Under the pieces are notes generated by a model that was not told the DNA's origin, did not search any database, and saw nothing but the letters and a program-made list of their open reading frames with translations. Made by a program: the position numbers and the translations under genes. A stretch of DNA of 52,529 nucleotides from an uncultured Candidatus Saccharibacteria bacterium (GTDB lineage: Bacteria > Patescibacteriota > Saccharimonadia > Saccharimonadales > EFPC-124), in contig CBDDBE010000001.1 in the NCBI GenBank assembly GCA_965225085.1, positions 323,641 through 376,169 on the forward strand, given 5' to 3'. Positions 18,951 to 28,608 of this stretch are shown here, in pieces (positions within the stretch are counted from its first letter, which is position 1; every line of letters begins with the position of its first letter).

Positions 18951-20930
18951 TCAATACACGACCTTGACCAAATCGCCAAAGGTGTCCGAAATGGTCGAAG
19001 CCGAATCCTTGTCGGTCAAGACATAGAAAGTCAGCCCCCTGGCGCGGGCATCGGTCGCGCACGTCTTCAGCTGCGCGACCATCGCCTGTTGCTCTGGTGG
19101 CGTGAAGTTACCAAAATCGAGATTGCCGTATAGCCGCCCCACGCAGTCCAGCGCCTTTGTGTCGGTCCGGGTACCGTCGTACTGCATCATATTCATCCAA
19201 AATGGAATCTGCATGTGCGCATAGAAGACATGCTTAGTCTGGTCATAGTGCAGAAGCGTTGAATTGAAATGGCGAATGTCGCCCTGGCTGGCAAGCTTTG
19301 CATAGGTTGAGGTATCTTGGTCAAAAAATGCTGGCTTTTCCTGATGCGAACGGTCTCGGAACAAATCCCGGACGTCCTTCAGTGGATTGGCGACGGAGCT
19401 GATCAGCAAAAGGGCAATAACCACCGGGAATATAGGCAGCATCGCAGCGTACTTGAGGTCGCGCGCACCTTGGGCCAAAGACGCCCGAACCAATAGCACA
19501 ACCCCAAGCGCAAGCAGCAAAATCTCGAGCAAAATCGAACTTTTGATAGCGTAGTACCGAATTTCGCCAACGGTGAAGTATTGCACCAGCGCCAGCAATC
19601 CAACAAATGCTAGCAAGGGCACATACAGCACAAATACCAGCTTTCGGAAGTCTTCATCCAGCTTCTTGCTCAGTCCAACACCCAGCACAAACGCCGCACC
19701 AGCCAGCAAAATATATGGATGGAACTGCTTGAGCCCGCCAGTCAGGTTGATGCCCTGGGTCGAGTCCGAACCAGAATATTTCAGCTGGAAGTAAATGGGC
19801 ACAAGCTGCAGCAGGAACACAACCACGAGAGGCCAGCCAGGACGCGCAAATAGGCGCCGGATAGATGGCAACGGATTAAGGCTCGGTGGCACGACAAGCA
19901 ATACCCCGACCAGCACCAGTGGCGGGATGAGCAGCGGCCAACTAGCCGAAGCGCCAAATGCCAGCAGCAGATACGCAAAAAGCGCCCACCGAAGCTTCTC
20001 ATCGCCACCAGCAAACCCCTTCCAATCATCCTGTTTGCCTTTTACATCCACCACGTAGCACATACCGATAAGGATAGTCGCAATGACGTAGTAGTAGTTC
20101 AGAAAACCCTCATTCACAAATGGGATCAGATACAACAGCGCTAACGTTGGGCCAAGAGAAAACGCCAACAGTAACTTCGTCCCAAGCTTTGCAACCTTCT
20201 GCCCTGCCGCCTCGAACAGGCTAGCGACCAGGTAAAACAACGCGTACGCGAGCGCGGCAGCCAGCGCCACATACTGGGCAAAGAATAGCACAGCGTTCAC
20301 CCGCCAGCCCAGGCTAAACTGGCTCGGGAAGACAGTATTCTCGACAAAGGCCGTCGCGATATGGAAGCCCTTGGGGTAGTAATAGCTTGGCGCGTAGGTA
20401 AAATGCTGCGCCACGTTCATCTCGGCAATGCCAGCGTAATGATTAGTGGCGTCTATCGCCTCGATGCTTCCAATCTGGGCGATTTTGTAGACGCTATTTT
20501 GTCCGACAAATATCGGCGCAAACGGTAAAAGGAAGAAAAAAACAACTACCAATCCACAGAGTTCTCGACTGTCGAAAAGCTTTCGATCGCTATACTTCTG
20601 AGCTGGCTGCACCGGAATAAAATACCACAGCCCCACCTGCAGTAGTACAAGCAGCGCCGCCAGCAGCATGAAGTTACTCTGCGGCCAGGCTAGGAACTGA
20701 ACAGTCGCGGCAATCTGCAGTAGTACAACCACAAACGCAAAGCTCACAAACAGCCGGCTAAACCAGCTGCCAAACACCTTGGGCATCGGCAAGTAACGAG
20801 CGTTCAGGAATAGCAGCGCAGGCACGAGCAGAAACTTTATGCCCACGAAATACAGCACCAGTGCGACCAGCACAGCCATGCCTTCCTTGAAGTGCTTCCA
20901 GCCCGTTAGCCTGCCGAGTGCACTAGCCAT
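18951..20930 (-). CDS. Polytopic membrane protein, probable GT-C transferase/polymerase
   Basis: Many TM segments, with D...H, YYPKGFH and RYYAIK motifs. ATG 20930 follows the upstream stop. Confidence 0.65.
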   Translation of the reverse strand: MASALGRLTGWKHFKEGMAVLVALVLYFVGIKFLLVPALLFLNARYLPMPKVFGSWFSRLFVSFAFVVVLLQIAATVQFLAWPQSNFMLLAALLVLLQVGLWYFIPVQPAQKYSDRKLFDSRELCGLVVVFFFLLPFAPIFVGQNSVYKIAQIGSIEAIDATNHYAGIAEMNVAQHFTYAPSYYYPKGFHIATAFVENTVFPSQFSLGWRVNAVLFFAQYVALAAALAYALFYLVASLFEAAGQKVAKLGTKLLLAFSLGPTLALLYLIPFVNEGFLNYYYVIATILIGMCYVVDVKGKQDDWKGFAGGDEKLRWALFAYLLLAFGASASWPLLIPPLVLVGVLLVVPPSLNPLPSIRRLFARPGWPLVVVFLLQLVPIYFQLKYSGSDSTQGINLTGGLKQFHPYILLAGAAFVLGVGLSKKLDEDFRKLVFVLYVPLLAFVGLLALVQYFTVGEIRYYAIKSSILLEILLLALGVVLLVRASLAQGARDLKYAAMLPIFPVVIALLLISSVANPLKDVRDLFRDRSHQEKPAFFDQDTSTYAKLASQGDIRHFNSTLLHYDQTKHVFYAHMQIPFWMNMMQYDGTRTDTKALDCVGRLYGNLDFGNFTPPEQQAMVAQLKTCATDARARGLTFYVLTDKDSASTISDTFGDLVKVVY

Positions 20931-20934
20931 CGCG

Positions 20935-22113
20935 CTACCTACCCGCCACCTGGTGATACGCAGCAGCCAATTCCTTGGCCAGGTTCGGCCAAGCCATTTT
21001 CTTGGCATAGGCTTGGCTGAGCTCAGATTGTTTCGATAGGTCAATGTCCTGGAGTGTTCGGGCTAGCTCATAGTAGGCAAAAGTGTCCGTCAGAACCAGT
21101 GCGCCATCTGTATATGTGGCCAGTTCACGAAATCCAGCCGTTGGGTAGGCGATGACCGGTTTGCCATTACTGAAGCCCAGATTGACGGCGCCGGAGCTGA
21201 CATTGGCATAGTACACGCCATCGTACGGGTACACGCAGGCGTCACACTCGCGGATGTAGCTATTCATTTTATCGTCATCCTTCACGAACCCCGTGATGAA
21301 CACGCGGTCGTGCAGACCTAGGATGTCGATGAGGTCGGTGATCTTGTTGTATATGCCGACCGTGTCGCTCACAATGTCGGTCTCGACCGGGTGCAGACCA
21401 CCGATGATCGCCAGCTTGTAGTTACCGGGTAGAAATTTCAGCGCGCGGATGGCGTCGAAGATGCCCTTGTACTTGTGTAGCATGCCGACCGTACAGTAGA
21501 TGATATCGCCCGACTTCTTGTTGAGCTTACCGGCGATGTAGTCGCTCTTTGGCGGGTCCGGGAACTGATGAACGGGATGCAGAATCTTCTTCACTTTGTC
21601 CTCACTCGCACCAGCCTTGGTAAGCGCCTGCGCAGTCATGTCGTTGTGCACCAGGAGCAGATCGGCCTGGAGGAATGGTGTCACATGCCGCTCGTACATG
21701 CGGTTACGATGACGCTGCTGGCGCAGAAAGGCGACCATGCTGCGTGGACCGACACCGCCGAGCTTCACGGGCTTTATGGCAAAATCGGGCGAGAGGTGAA
21801 CGGTCACGACGACCTTCTTGCCCGCCTCCTTTGCGATCGACACCAGCCGCTGAAAGTCATCTTCGACAAACAGTCCAAATTCATGTTGGACGTGAAAGAT
21901 GTCGAAATCCTTGAGCTCGCCCTTGAGCCGGGCGTAGGCTTCCTCGTGTTGTTCTGGATTCATGTGGCGCAACTGGATTGGCGTCACCTCGAAAAACTTG
22001 TTCTCGACGGTTGCGTCACCTCTCATGCCGGCCAAATATTGTTCTTGGTACTTGGCGATGCCATCGTCTTCGTCATGCGGGCTAAAATGTAGAATACGTA
22101 CCGTCTCGCTCAT
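20935..22113 (-). CDS. GT4-family glycosyltransferase
   Basis: GIAKY, HVQHEFGLF, YKG, SSGA and GKPVIA motifs. Confidence 0.88.
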   Translation of the reverse strand: MSETVRILHFSPHDEDDGIAKYQEQYLAGMRGDATVENKFFEVTPIQLRHMNPEQHEEAYARLKGELKDFDIFHVQHEFGLFVEDDFQRLVSIAKEAGKKVVVTVHLSPDFAIKPVKLGGVGPRSMVAFLRQQRHRNRMYERHVTPFLQADLLLVHNDMTAQALTKAGASEDKVKKILHPVHQFPDPPKSDYIAGKLNKKSGDIIYCTVGMLHKYKGIFDAIRALKFLPGNYKLAIIGGLHPVETDIVSDTVGIYNKITDLIDILGLHDRVFITGFVKDDDKMNSYIRECDACVYPYDGVYYANVSSGAVNLGFSNGKPVIAYPTAGFRELATYTDGALVLTDTFAYYELARTLQDIDLSKQSELSQAYAKKMAWPNLAKELAAAYHQVAGR

Positions 22114-22115
22114 CG

Positions 22116-23462
22116 TTAATCCTCCAGATATTCCGTTACTTGCTTGAACGAGCTGTCCCATGAAAACTGCCGGTAGCCTCGAGTCCGTTCACGGGCGGCT
22201 GCGAGGTTTATGGGAATGAGAAGCTTCATGATTGCAGCCAAGCACTCATCGGCGCTCGCGGGCGAAAAGTGATCAACAAACCCCTCTGCTATCTCAACCA
22301 TGCTCGTGGTGTTGCTGCATAGGCATGGTACCCCACGAGCAACGCTTTCGGCAATGGGAATGCCCCAGCCTTCATAAAAGCTTGGGAAAACGGTGAACTG
22401 ACAATGGCCGTACAGCCAGCTTAGCTCCTCGTCGTTCATGTTGTGCAGGAACACGAATTTGTCCTTCACGTCGGGATCGTTTGTCATGAAGTTATAGATC
22501 TCTTCGGTACCCCAGCCCCGGCGGCCCACGATAGCAATCTGGGGCAGATCGATGCCGCGGGTAGCAGCTAGCTTGTAGACATAGTATAGCAGCGCATGGT
22601 TTTTGCGCGCCTCGATGGTGCACACCGTCAGCAGATAGTCGCGTCCTTTGAGCCTCGCCTTCCTGAACACGTCGTCGGTTGGCTCAGTGGCCTTGGCCAC
22701 TTTGAAGTCATCGCCCAAACGGAAGACTTCCATGCGTGGGACGTGTAGCTTTTGCGACTTTAGCCACTGGGTCGCCTCACTCTTGGTATTTTGGGAAACG
22801 CATAAAACCAGGTCGCAAATCGGCAAAATCGCCCGACAATACGCTGGAAATGTCTCAGTCGAGCCACCCGACGCGCCAGCACCGGTAAACTGCGGAATAA
22901 CCACTGGCCCCATGTCGTGGATAATCTGTACAATGCCCAGGCCATTGTCGCGGTGCCACTGCTGGAGTTTGGCAATAAAATTATCGTCCCACCATTCGCC
23001 CCAAGGGATAAAAACCTGGTCATTCTTCTGAAACGCTGCAGCCTTATAGCTGGCCATCCGTGCACGTTTGAGGCGACCTTCAACCCGCTCGCTCAGCCCC
23101 GGCACAAGCCGGGCGGCTCGACGCAGAACAGCCTTCGCAAGCCGGATCGATCCTTGCTTCATGATGATCTGCTGATCTTGCTTGAAATCGACCGCCGAGG
23201 CGGCAACCTCAGTTTGTCCAGCAGCCGGACGCTCCTGGCCCACCTTCAGATATTGGATGCCCTTACCCCGCTCGCTCAGCGTCCGATCGAGATCCAGCTC
23301 GACAAATTCCCGCAGCTCCTTCACCCAGCTCACGAAAACGGTCTCTGGTCGCTGCTTACGAAAACGAATGGCCTGCTCGTGCATCACGCGCGGGATGCCT
23401 GTCAATCTGCCGTCCCAGTGGACCAGCTGCGTGACGTCATAGTAGAGAGTGGGCTTCGGCAT
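22116..23462 (-). CDS. GT4-family glycosyltransferase
   Basis: TGIPRV, IEARKNH and FPSFYEGWGIPIAE motifs. Confidence 0.92.
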   Translation of the reverse strand: MPKPTLYYDVTQLVHWDGRLTGIPRVMHEQAIRFRKQRPETVFVSWVKELREFVELDLDRTLSERGKGIQYLKVGQERPAAGQTEVAASAVDFKQDQQIIMKQGSIRLAKAVLRRAARLVPGLSERVEGRLKRARMASYKAAAFQKNDQVFIPWGEWWDDNFIAKLQQWHRDNGLGIVQIIHDMGPVVIPQFTGAGASGGSTETFPAYCRAILPICDLVLCVSQNTKSEATQWLKSQKLHVPRMEVFRLGDDFKVAKATEPTDDVFRKARLKGRDYLLTVCTIEARKNHALLYYVYKLAATRGIDLPQIAIVGRRGWGTEEIYNFMTNDPDVKDKFVFLHNMNDEELSWLYGHCQFTVFPSFYEGWGIPIAESVARGVPCLCSNTTSMVEIAEGFVDHFSPASADECLAAIMKLLIPINLAAARERTRGYRQFSWDSSFKQVTEYLED

Positions 23463-23474
23463 AGTTGGTTCTCC

Positions 23475-24488
23475 TTATCGGTTTGCGAGCGTGGCGTTCT
23501 TGGAGAAAATCGGCATCACCCAGTCATCAGCATCGCCAATAATCGCCTCGTACGATGTCTGTTTGGGCTTGACGATACGACCGTCATCATCAATGACATA
23601 TACATGGCCAAAGTCCTTCAGCATCTGATCGTAAAAAGCCTTTGGATCGTCGTAGCTATCCTTCGTAAACTCGATAAAAAACGTCAGGTTCGGACTACTG
23701 CTCACAATGGTTCGCATGCCCTGATAGGCTTTGTCCTCGAAGCCCTCGATGTCCATCTTGATCAAATCCACCGTCTTGATGCCATTATCTTTACAGTATT
23801 TGTCCAGGCTCACTGACTTGACCTTCACTTCCTCAGCAGTTTCGAGGCGCATTTTGCTCGCCATGTACTTAGCAGTGTGCTCTAGCGGCAGAACTGACGA
23901 GCTGCCGAGGTAATCCTTCAGGATGCGCAGCGTCAGCGTGCCTTCTTTGTCGGCCACAGCTAGGTTCTCTACGACAGACTGTTCGTTCAGCCAGTTTACG
24001 TCAAGGGTCCTATGAATGTACGGGATGAGGTGTGGGTTCGCCTCGAAATGCACTACTTTGGAATGCTTCTTGTCGGTCCTCTGCGCGGCCAGCGCGCCAA
24101 AATACCCAAAGTTCGAGCCAACGTCCAGGATAGTATCCGTCGGCTGCACGACGCTGAGCCACGCTGCAGTAATACGATGCTCCCAGATAGAATCCAGTGC
24201 CAAATGCGGCACAACAGCAATATCACGTGGGTCGAGGTACATCTTGAGCCCGCTAAAAATCTTGGTGATCATCTCGTGCTCGTTCAGCACAACCGAACCA
24301 GAATTCTTAGTACGTTGATTGAGCTCTTCCAAAACTAAAGAATGGTCGTGGTTAATGGCCAGCTGCGTTTTTAGGATGGACCGTTCCGAAGCCGACACCT
24401 TCTCATCCAGACGCTGCTCGGTCTGCTCCAGTGCACGCTTGACGTTACCAAATAACTTATCCATTATTTTCTGAGTCGTCCCTGCCAT
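23475..24488 (-). CDS. FkbM-family methyltransferase with N-terminal coiled coil
   Basis: LDVGSNFGYF, FEANP and LIKMDIEGFE motifs. Confidence 0.9.
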   Translation of the reverse strand: MAGTTQKIMDKLFGNVKRALEQTEQRLDEKVSASERSILKTQLAINHDHSLVLEELNQRTKNSGSVVLNEHEMITKIFSGLKMYLDPRDIAVVPHLALDSIWEHRITAAWLSVVQPTDTILDVGSNFGYFGALAAQRTDKKHSKVVHFEANPHLIPYIHRTLDVNWLNEQSVVENLAVADKEGTLTLRILKDYLGSSSVLPLEHTAKYMASKMRLETAEEVKVKSVSLDKYCKDNGIKTVDLIKMDIEGFEDKAYQGMRTIVSSSPNLTFFIEFTKDSYDDPKAFYDQMLKDFGHVYVIDDDGRIVKPKQTSYEAIIGDADDWVMPIFSKNATLANR

Positions 24489-24498
24489 ATCTGTCCCC

Positions 24499-25683
24499 TT
24501 ATGTACCCTTCACTGTATGCGTCACGCTGACCGGTGGCAATACCGCCGTGGTAGATCTATCGATGCGCTGCACCGTAAACTCGTCGGCCTGCACAAGCCA
24601 ATCGAGAGTGTTAGCGACGTCGTCTACTAGAGTAATCATGACCGCATACTGCCCATCGTTGAAGATGTTTAGAATCTTCCACGTTAGGCTAACTTCCTGG
24701 CCACTCACGAGATTAGCGATATCTGGCGCTTGGATCATACGGTTATTCATCGCGGTGATTTCAGCACCGTCCTGGCCCATGATGTGAATACCGTAGATCA
24801 GCTTATCAATCGGTCGCTCGACTTTAATATCAACCTTCACGACAACGTGCTCGCCCTCAACTTTGGTGGAGACCTTGCTCACGACTGCGTCGCCATTACC
24901 CCAGCGCTTGCCGTTGCCCTTCTTGGCGTGCTCGCTAGCTTTGTCCATGAACAGCATCGAATACTCACGGGCAATGTCCTGTGGTGTGCCGATATGCTGC
25001 ACCTCACTTCGGTCGATTAGCATGGCACGGTCGCAATATTCCTTCACGGCGTTCATGTCGTGGGTAACGAACACGACCGTTTTTTTGTTGGCCTTCAGCT
25101 CCTTGAAGTATTCGAAACACTTGCGCTGGAACGCCGCATCGCCGACTGCCAGCACTTCGTCGACCAACAAAATATCGGCATGGGCGCGCGTTGCCATCGA
25201 AAAGGCTAGTCGCACCTGCATGCCCGAGCTATAATTCTTCAGCTTTTGGTCCATAAAGCGCTCCAGCTCGGCAAATTTCACAATGTCGTCGTACATCGAC
25301 TGGATCTCTTTGAACGAAAAGCCCAAAAGCGCACCGTTCAGGTACACGTTTTCCCGCCCCGTTAGCTCGGGGTTGAATCCAACGCCCAGCTCGATGAATG
25401 GTACGAGCTTGCCATTGGTCGTGACGCCGCCCTTCGTCGGTTGATAAATACCGGCCAGCATCTTTAGCAGCGTGCTTTTGCCGCTCCCGTTGCGGCCAAC
25501 GATACCAAAGAACTCACCCTTCTTCACCTCGAAGCTAACACCCTTCAGTGCATGCTGGATCTCGCTGCCTTTGGCTTTTTCCTTGAACAGGCCCGTGACG
25601 GCGCGCTTGATCGAATCTTTCTTCTCGTGAGGCAGAACGAAATTCTTGTATACATTGTCGACCTTGATAACAACTTCGCTCAT
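24499..25683 (-). CDS. wzt: Polysaccharide ABC exporter ATPase with C-terminal Wzt_C domain
   Basis: GRNGSGKS, YSSGMQVRLAF and LVDEVLAVGD motifs; C-terminal extension beginning RWGNG. Confidence 0.93.
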   Translation of the reverse strand: MSEVVIKVDNVYKNFVLPHEKKDSIKRAVTGLFKEKAKGSEIQHALKGVSFEVKKGEFFGIVGRNGSGKSTLLKMLAGIYQPTKGGVTTNGKLVPFIELGVGFNPELTGRENVYLNGALLGFSFKEIQSMYDDIVKFAELERFMDQKLKNYSSGMQVRLAFSMATRAHADILLVDEVLAVGDAAFQRKCFEYFKELKANKKTVVFVTHDMNAVKEYCDRAMLIDRSEVQHIGTPQDIAREYSMLFMDKASEHAKKGNGKRWGNGDAVVSKVSTKVEGEHVVVKVDIKVERPIDKLIYGIHIMGQDGAEITAMNNRMIQAPDIANLVSGQEVSLTWKILNIFNDGQYAVMITLVDDVANTLDWLVQADEFTVQRIDRSTTAVLPPVSVTHTVKGT

Positions 25684-25684
25684 C

Positions 25685-26524
25685 CTAAATCTCCTCCGCA
25701 AAGTAGCGCGAACGCTTCCTGAAGTAATACGCCGCACCGCTGGCAATGGCCAAAACGGCCAGCACCATCACCATGCGCATCCAGCCATTGCCATAGACAC
25801 TACCGATAGTTGGTGCACAGTTTGTCGTAACCTTTGCCGTCGCCGAACAGGCAGGCGCCACCAATTGACCCCGCATGTCCTGAATGATCTGTGCCATCGG
25901 GTTGAGAATAAGGATGGATTGGACCTTTGGCGACATGATACTGAGCGTGTATAGGATAGGTGTCGCATAAAAAGCGCCTTGCATAAACACTTCCCAGATG
26001 TAGTTGATGTCACGAAACTTCACAAACAGCGCGCTCAGCAGGAAGGCCATGCCTAGCGATAGAATGAACAACTCGATGATCAATAACGGGACAATCCATA
26101 TCGCGCTCACCTGCGGGTCCGCCCCCAGGAAAAACATAAAGCAAAACAGCACGACCATGTTGATGGTCAGGTTAATCAGCGCCGAAAACGACCCGGCCAG
26201 CACAATAACATACTTGGGGAAGTTAATTTTGCGTAGCAAATCGCCCTTGCCGACAATTGATCCCACGCCGTTGTTTGTCACCTCGGCAAAGTAATTCCAC
26301 AGCAAAATACCCAGGAACAAATACACCTTGAAGTGCGGGATGTTGCTGGCGCCACCCAGACGGCTAAAGACAAAATCCAGGATCAAAAACAGCGCCAGCG
26401 GCTTCAGCAGTGACCACAAATACCCCAGAAAAGAGCTCTGGTACCGAAGTTTGAAATCGGTAATAACCAGCTCCCTCAGCAGAATAAGTGAATAGCGATA
26501 ACGCTGTAATAGTCGAGGGGCCAT
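25685..26524 (-). CDS. wzm: Polysaccharide ABC exporter permease
   Basis: DFKLRYQSSFLGYLWSLLKP, FYATPILY and LNPM motifs. ATG 26524. Confidence 0.93.
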   Translation of the reverse strand: MAPRLLQRYRYSLILLRELVITDFKLRYQSSFLGYLWSLLKPLALFLILDFVFSRLGGASNIPHFKVYLFLGILLWNYFAEVTNNGVGSIVGKGDLLRKINFPKYVIVLAGSFSALINLTINMVVLFCFMFFLGADPQVSAIWIVPLLIIELFILSLGMAFLLSALFVKFRDINYIWEVFMQGAFYATPILYTLSIMSPKVQSILILNPMAQIIQDMRGQLVAPACSATAKVTTNCAPTIGSVYGNGWMRMVMVLAVLAIASGAAYYFRKRSRYFAEEI

Positions 26525-26735
26525 ATTATCCGATTCCTTGCATTCGAAGGTTTGATGCAGGAGTGGCGATGGCTGCTTTTTGCGCCAAGGCATAGCCATA
26601 GCTACGTCGAGAAGCAAAAGAAGACAACGTCACCCTGAAGCAAGACTGCAGAACAATGGATTGGATAAAATGATTCCTCATCACGTTAGACATATTATAC
26701 TGTCGCTGGCAGTTATCTTCAACAGCCGGTAGCCG

Positions 26736-27095
26736 TTACTCATTCTTATTCTTGAAATAATACGCAATCACAAAGCCAAACAGCGGACCGACGATCGATG
26801 AATAGCCCTGAATAATATCCAAAAGCGCAACCTTGTATCCATCGCCACCCGTTACAACCCTGGCCACGAGATTATAAAATGGAATTCCGATCATGATGAG
26901 CGTCAACAGGCCAAAATACCACCGCATAAAGCTCTTTGCCATCCGATCCCGCGTAGCATACTCGTTTCGTTTGGCCGTATCGGCCCATGTTTCCGCTCGG
27001 ACTGACTGATCCTCGGCTTGCACCGCAAGAGTCTCTAGGACATTCTCTTCCTCGGCCGTTGCCTTAGACTTTGTGGTGCGTGCGCGAGTAGGCAT
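26736..27095 (-). CDS. Hypothetical two-TM membrane protein
   Basis: 119-aa ORF with two hydrophobic helices ending GFVIAYYF. TAATG coupling to the upstream ORF. Confidence 0.7.
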   Translation of the reverse strand: MPTRARTTKSKATAEEENVLETLAVQAEDQSVRAETWADTAKRNEYATRDRMAKSFMRWYFGLLTLIMIGIPFYNLVARVVTGGDGYKVALLDIIQGYSSIVGPLFGFVIAYYFKNKNE

Positions 27096-27382
27096 TAGTG
27101 CGAATAGAGCAAAGCGTCACCCACCACCTGTTGTAGCTTTTGATTATTGTTTAATAAAGATTCGATAACTTTAATAACAGACTTGGCCTCTTGCTGTCGA
27201 TCAGCCTCCAGGAGCTTTCGTGCAACGCTAATGAGATCCTCAATCGCCTTGGCGTTATCCTTCGAAACAGCCGCCAGCTTCAGGCGAGCGTCGCTATTTT
27301 TGCCATGACTTCCCAGTAAGTTACGGAGGGGACGGCCGTCGGTTTTACGATGCTTGCGTCGTATTGCTTGCTCCAAGTCCAT
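27095..27382 (-). CDS. Hypothetical helical protein
   Basis: Amphipathic helical ORF. ATG 27382 lies 6 nt after TATCAT; an alternative start is 27400. Confidence 0.6.
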   Translation of the reverse strand: MDLEQAIRRKHRKTDGRPLRNLLGSHGKNSDARLKLAAVSKDNAKAIEDLISVARKLLEADRQQEAKSVIKVIESLLNNNQKLQQVVGDALLYSH

Positions 27383-27396
27383 ACTTCTATGATACA

Positions 27397-28563
27397 TCAT
27401 TGCTTCTTGGACGTGCCCGAAATATCTAGCAGCGCCTTCACAATTGTCTGGCTACTGCGTTCCCAGGTAAACCGCTGAGCCTGCCTGTAGCCCCGTTCGA
27501 TAAGCTCCTGACGCTCAGCTAAATTGAGGTTGATAACTCTATTTATCGCGTCCGCAATTGACTCCAGCTTGTTTGGATCACAGTAGGTTCCCGCATCGCT
27601 GGCTACTTCGTGCAGGGGTGGAATATCGGCCACGACGACAGGAGTTTTGCTCATCATGGCCTCGAGTGCTGGCATGCCAAAGCCCTCGTACAACGACGGC
27701 AGCACCAAAGCTGTCGCGCCACTCATCAATCGTGCCACGTCGTCGTCGGGCACATAGGTACGCGGCTTGACGACAACGTGACCGGCTTGATTTGCCTGCT
27801 CCATCGCGGCAAATACACCTTCGTTTAGCCAACCGTCGCTGCCTATCATCAGAAGCGCATATTCCTTGGGGACGTGACGCATCGCTCCCACCAATCGCTC
27901 GAGGTTTTTGCGGGGTTCGATATTGCCAATGTATAGCAAATAGGCTTTGTCCTGCAGGCCATACGCGCGACAAACCTTTGCGACTTCCTCAGTCGAATAG
28001 GGTTTGTACAGATTGCCGTCGGCACCGTTGTAGACTACCAATACGCGATCGGGCGTCACGTTAAAATTACCGATGATTTCTTGGCGCGCGCTCTTGCTGA
28101 CGGTTATCACGTAGTCGGTCTGACGAATATAACGTGGTACATTTTTGGCCAGCGACTTCTGGTTATCCGGCTGTACGTACTCTGGATGCACCGCAAAACA
28201 AATATCATGGATGTAGGTTAGCGAGGTCGACCTCTTGGTCAGCGGCCAGTTGAAGAAGTTACCAAACAGATACACACCAGGTCCGAGCAGCAAGTCCATC
28301 GGCGGCAACAATCCCCGGCGCCCCAGGCCGTTCATAACCCGAAATTTCATAGGAATAGCTTTGCGCGTGCACGATTCCAATCCCTTCCATCGGTCCAGCA
28401 AGTGCAGTCGACTCTTTGGCGCAACTAGCACTATCTCGTAGAGGCGAGTGATCTCGGCATTTGCGACCAATGCCGCTACAAGCCCGGCCAGCGCGTGTGG
28501 AACGCCGCTGATCTGGCGATCAACCAAGGGGACTGCTTCGACAAATAGTTTAGTTTTCTTCAT
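27397..28563 (-). CDS. GT4-family glycosyltransferase (MtfB-like)
   Basis: IHD, GNIEPRKN and PSLYEGFGMPALEAM motifs. Confidence 0.93.
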   Translation of the reverse strand: MKKTKLFVEAVPLVDRQISGVPHALAGLVAALVANAEITRLYEIVLVAPKSRLHLLDRWKGLESCTRKAIPMKFRVMNGLGRRGLLPPMDLLLGPGVYLFGNFFNWPLTKRSTSLTYIHDICFAVHPEYVQPDNQKSLAKNVPRYIRQTDYVITVSKSARQEIIGNFNVTPDRVLVVYNGADGNLYKPYSTEEVAKVCRAYGLQDKAYLLYIGNIEPRKNLERLVGAMRHVPKEYALLMIGSDGWLNEGVFAAMEQANQAGHVVVKPRTYVPDDDVARLMSGATALVLPSLYEGFGMPALEAMMSKTPVVVADIPPLHEVASDAGTYCDPNKLESIADAINRVINLNLAERQELIERGYRQAQRFTWERSSQTIVKALLDISGTSKKQ

Positions 28564-28608
28564 GGGGGATTGACGTATTGCGTACGGGTGATGATAGAGT
28601 GATTATAT

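Noticed and set aside
22917-23816. Long antisense ORFs (also 18309-19133, 16319-17005, 32900-33541, 43578-44315)
   Set aside because: Shadows of well-supported genes on the opposite strand.
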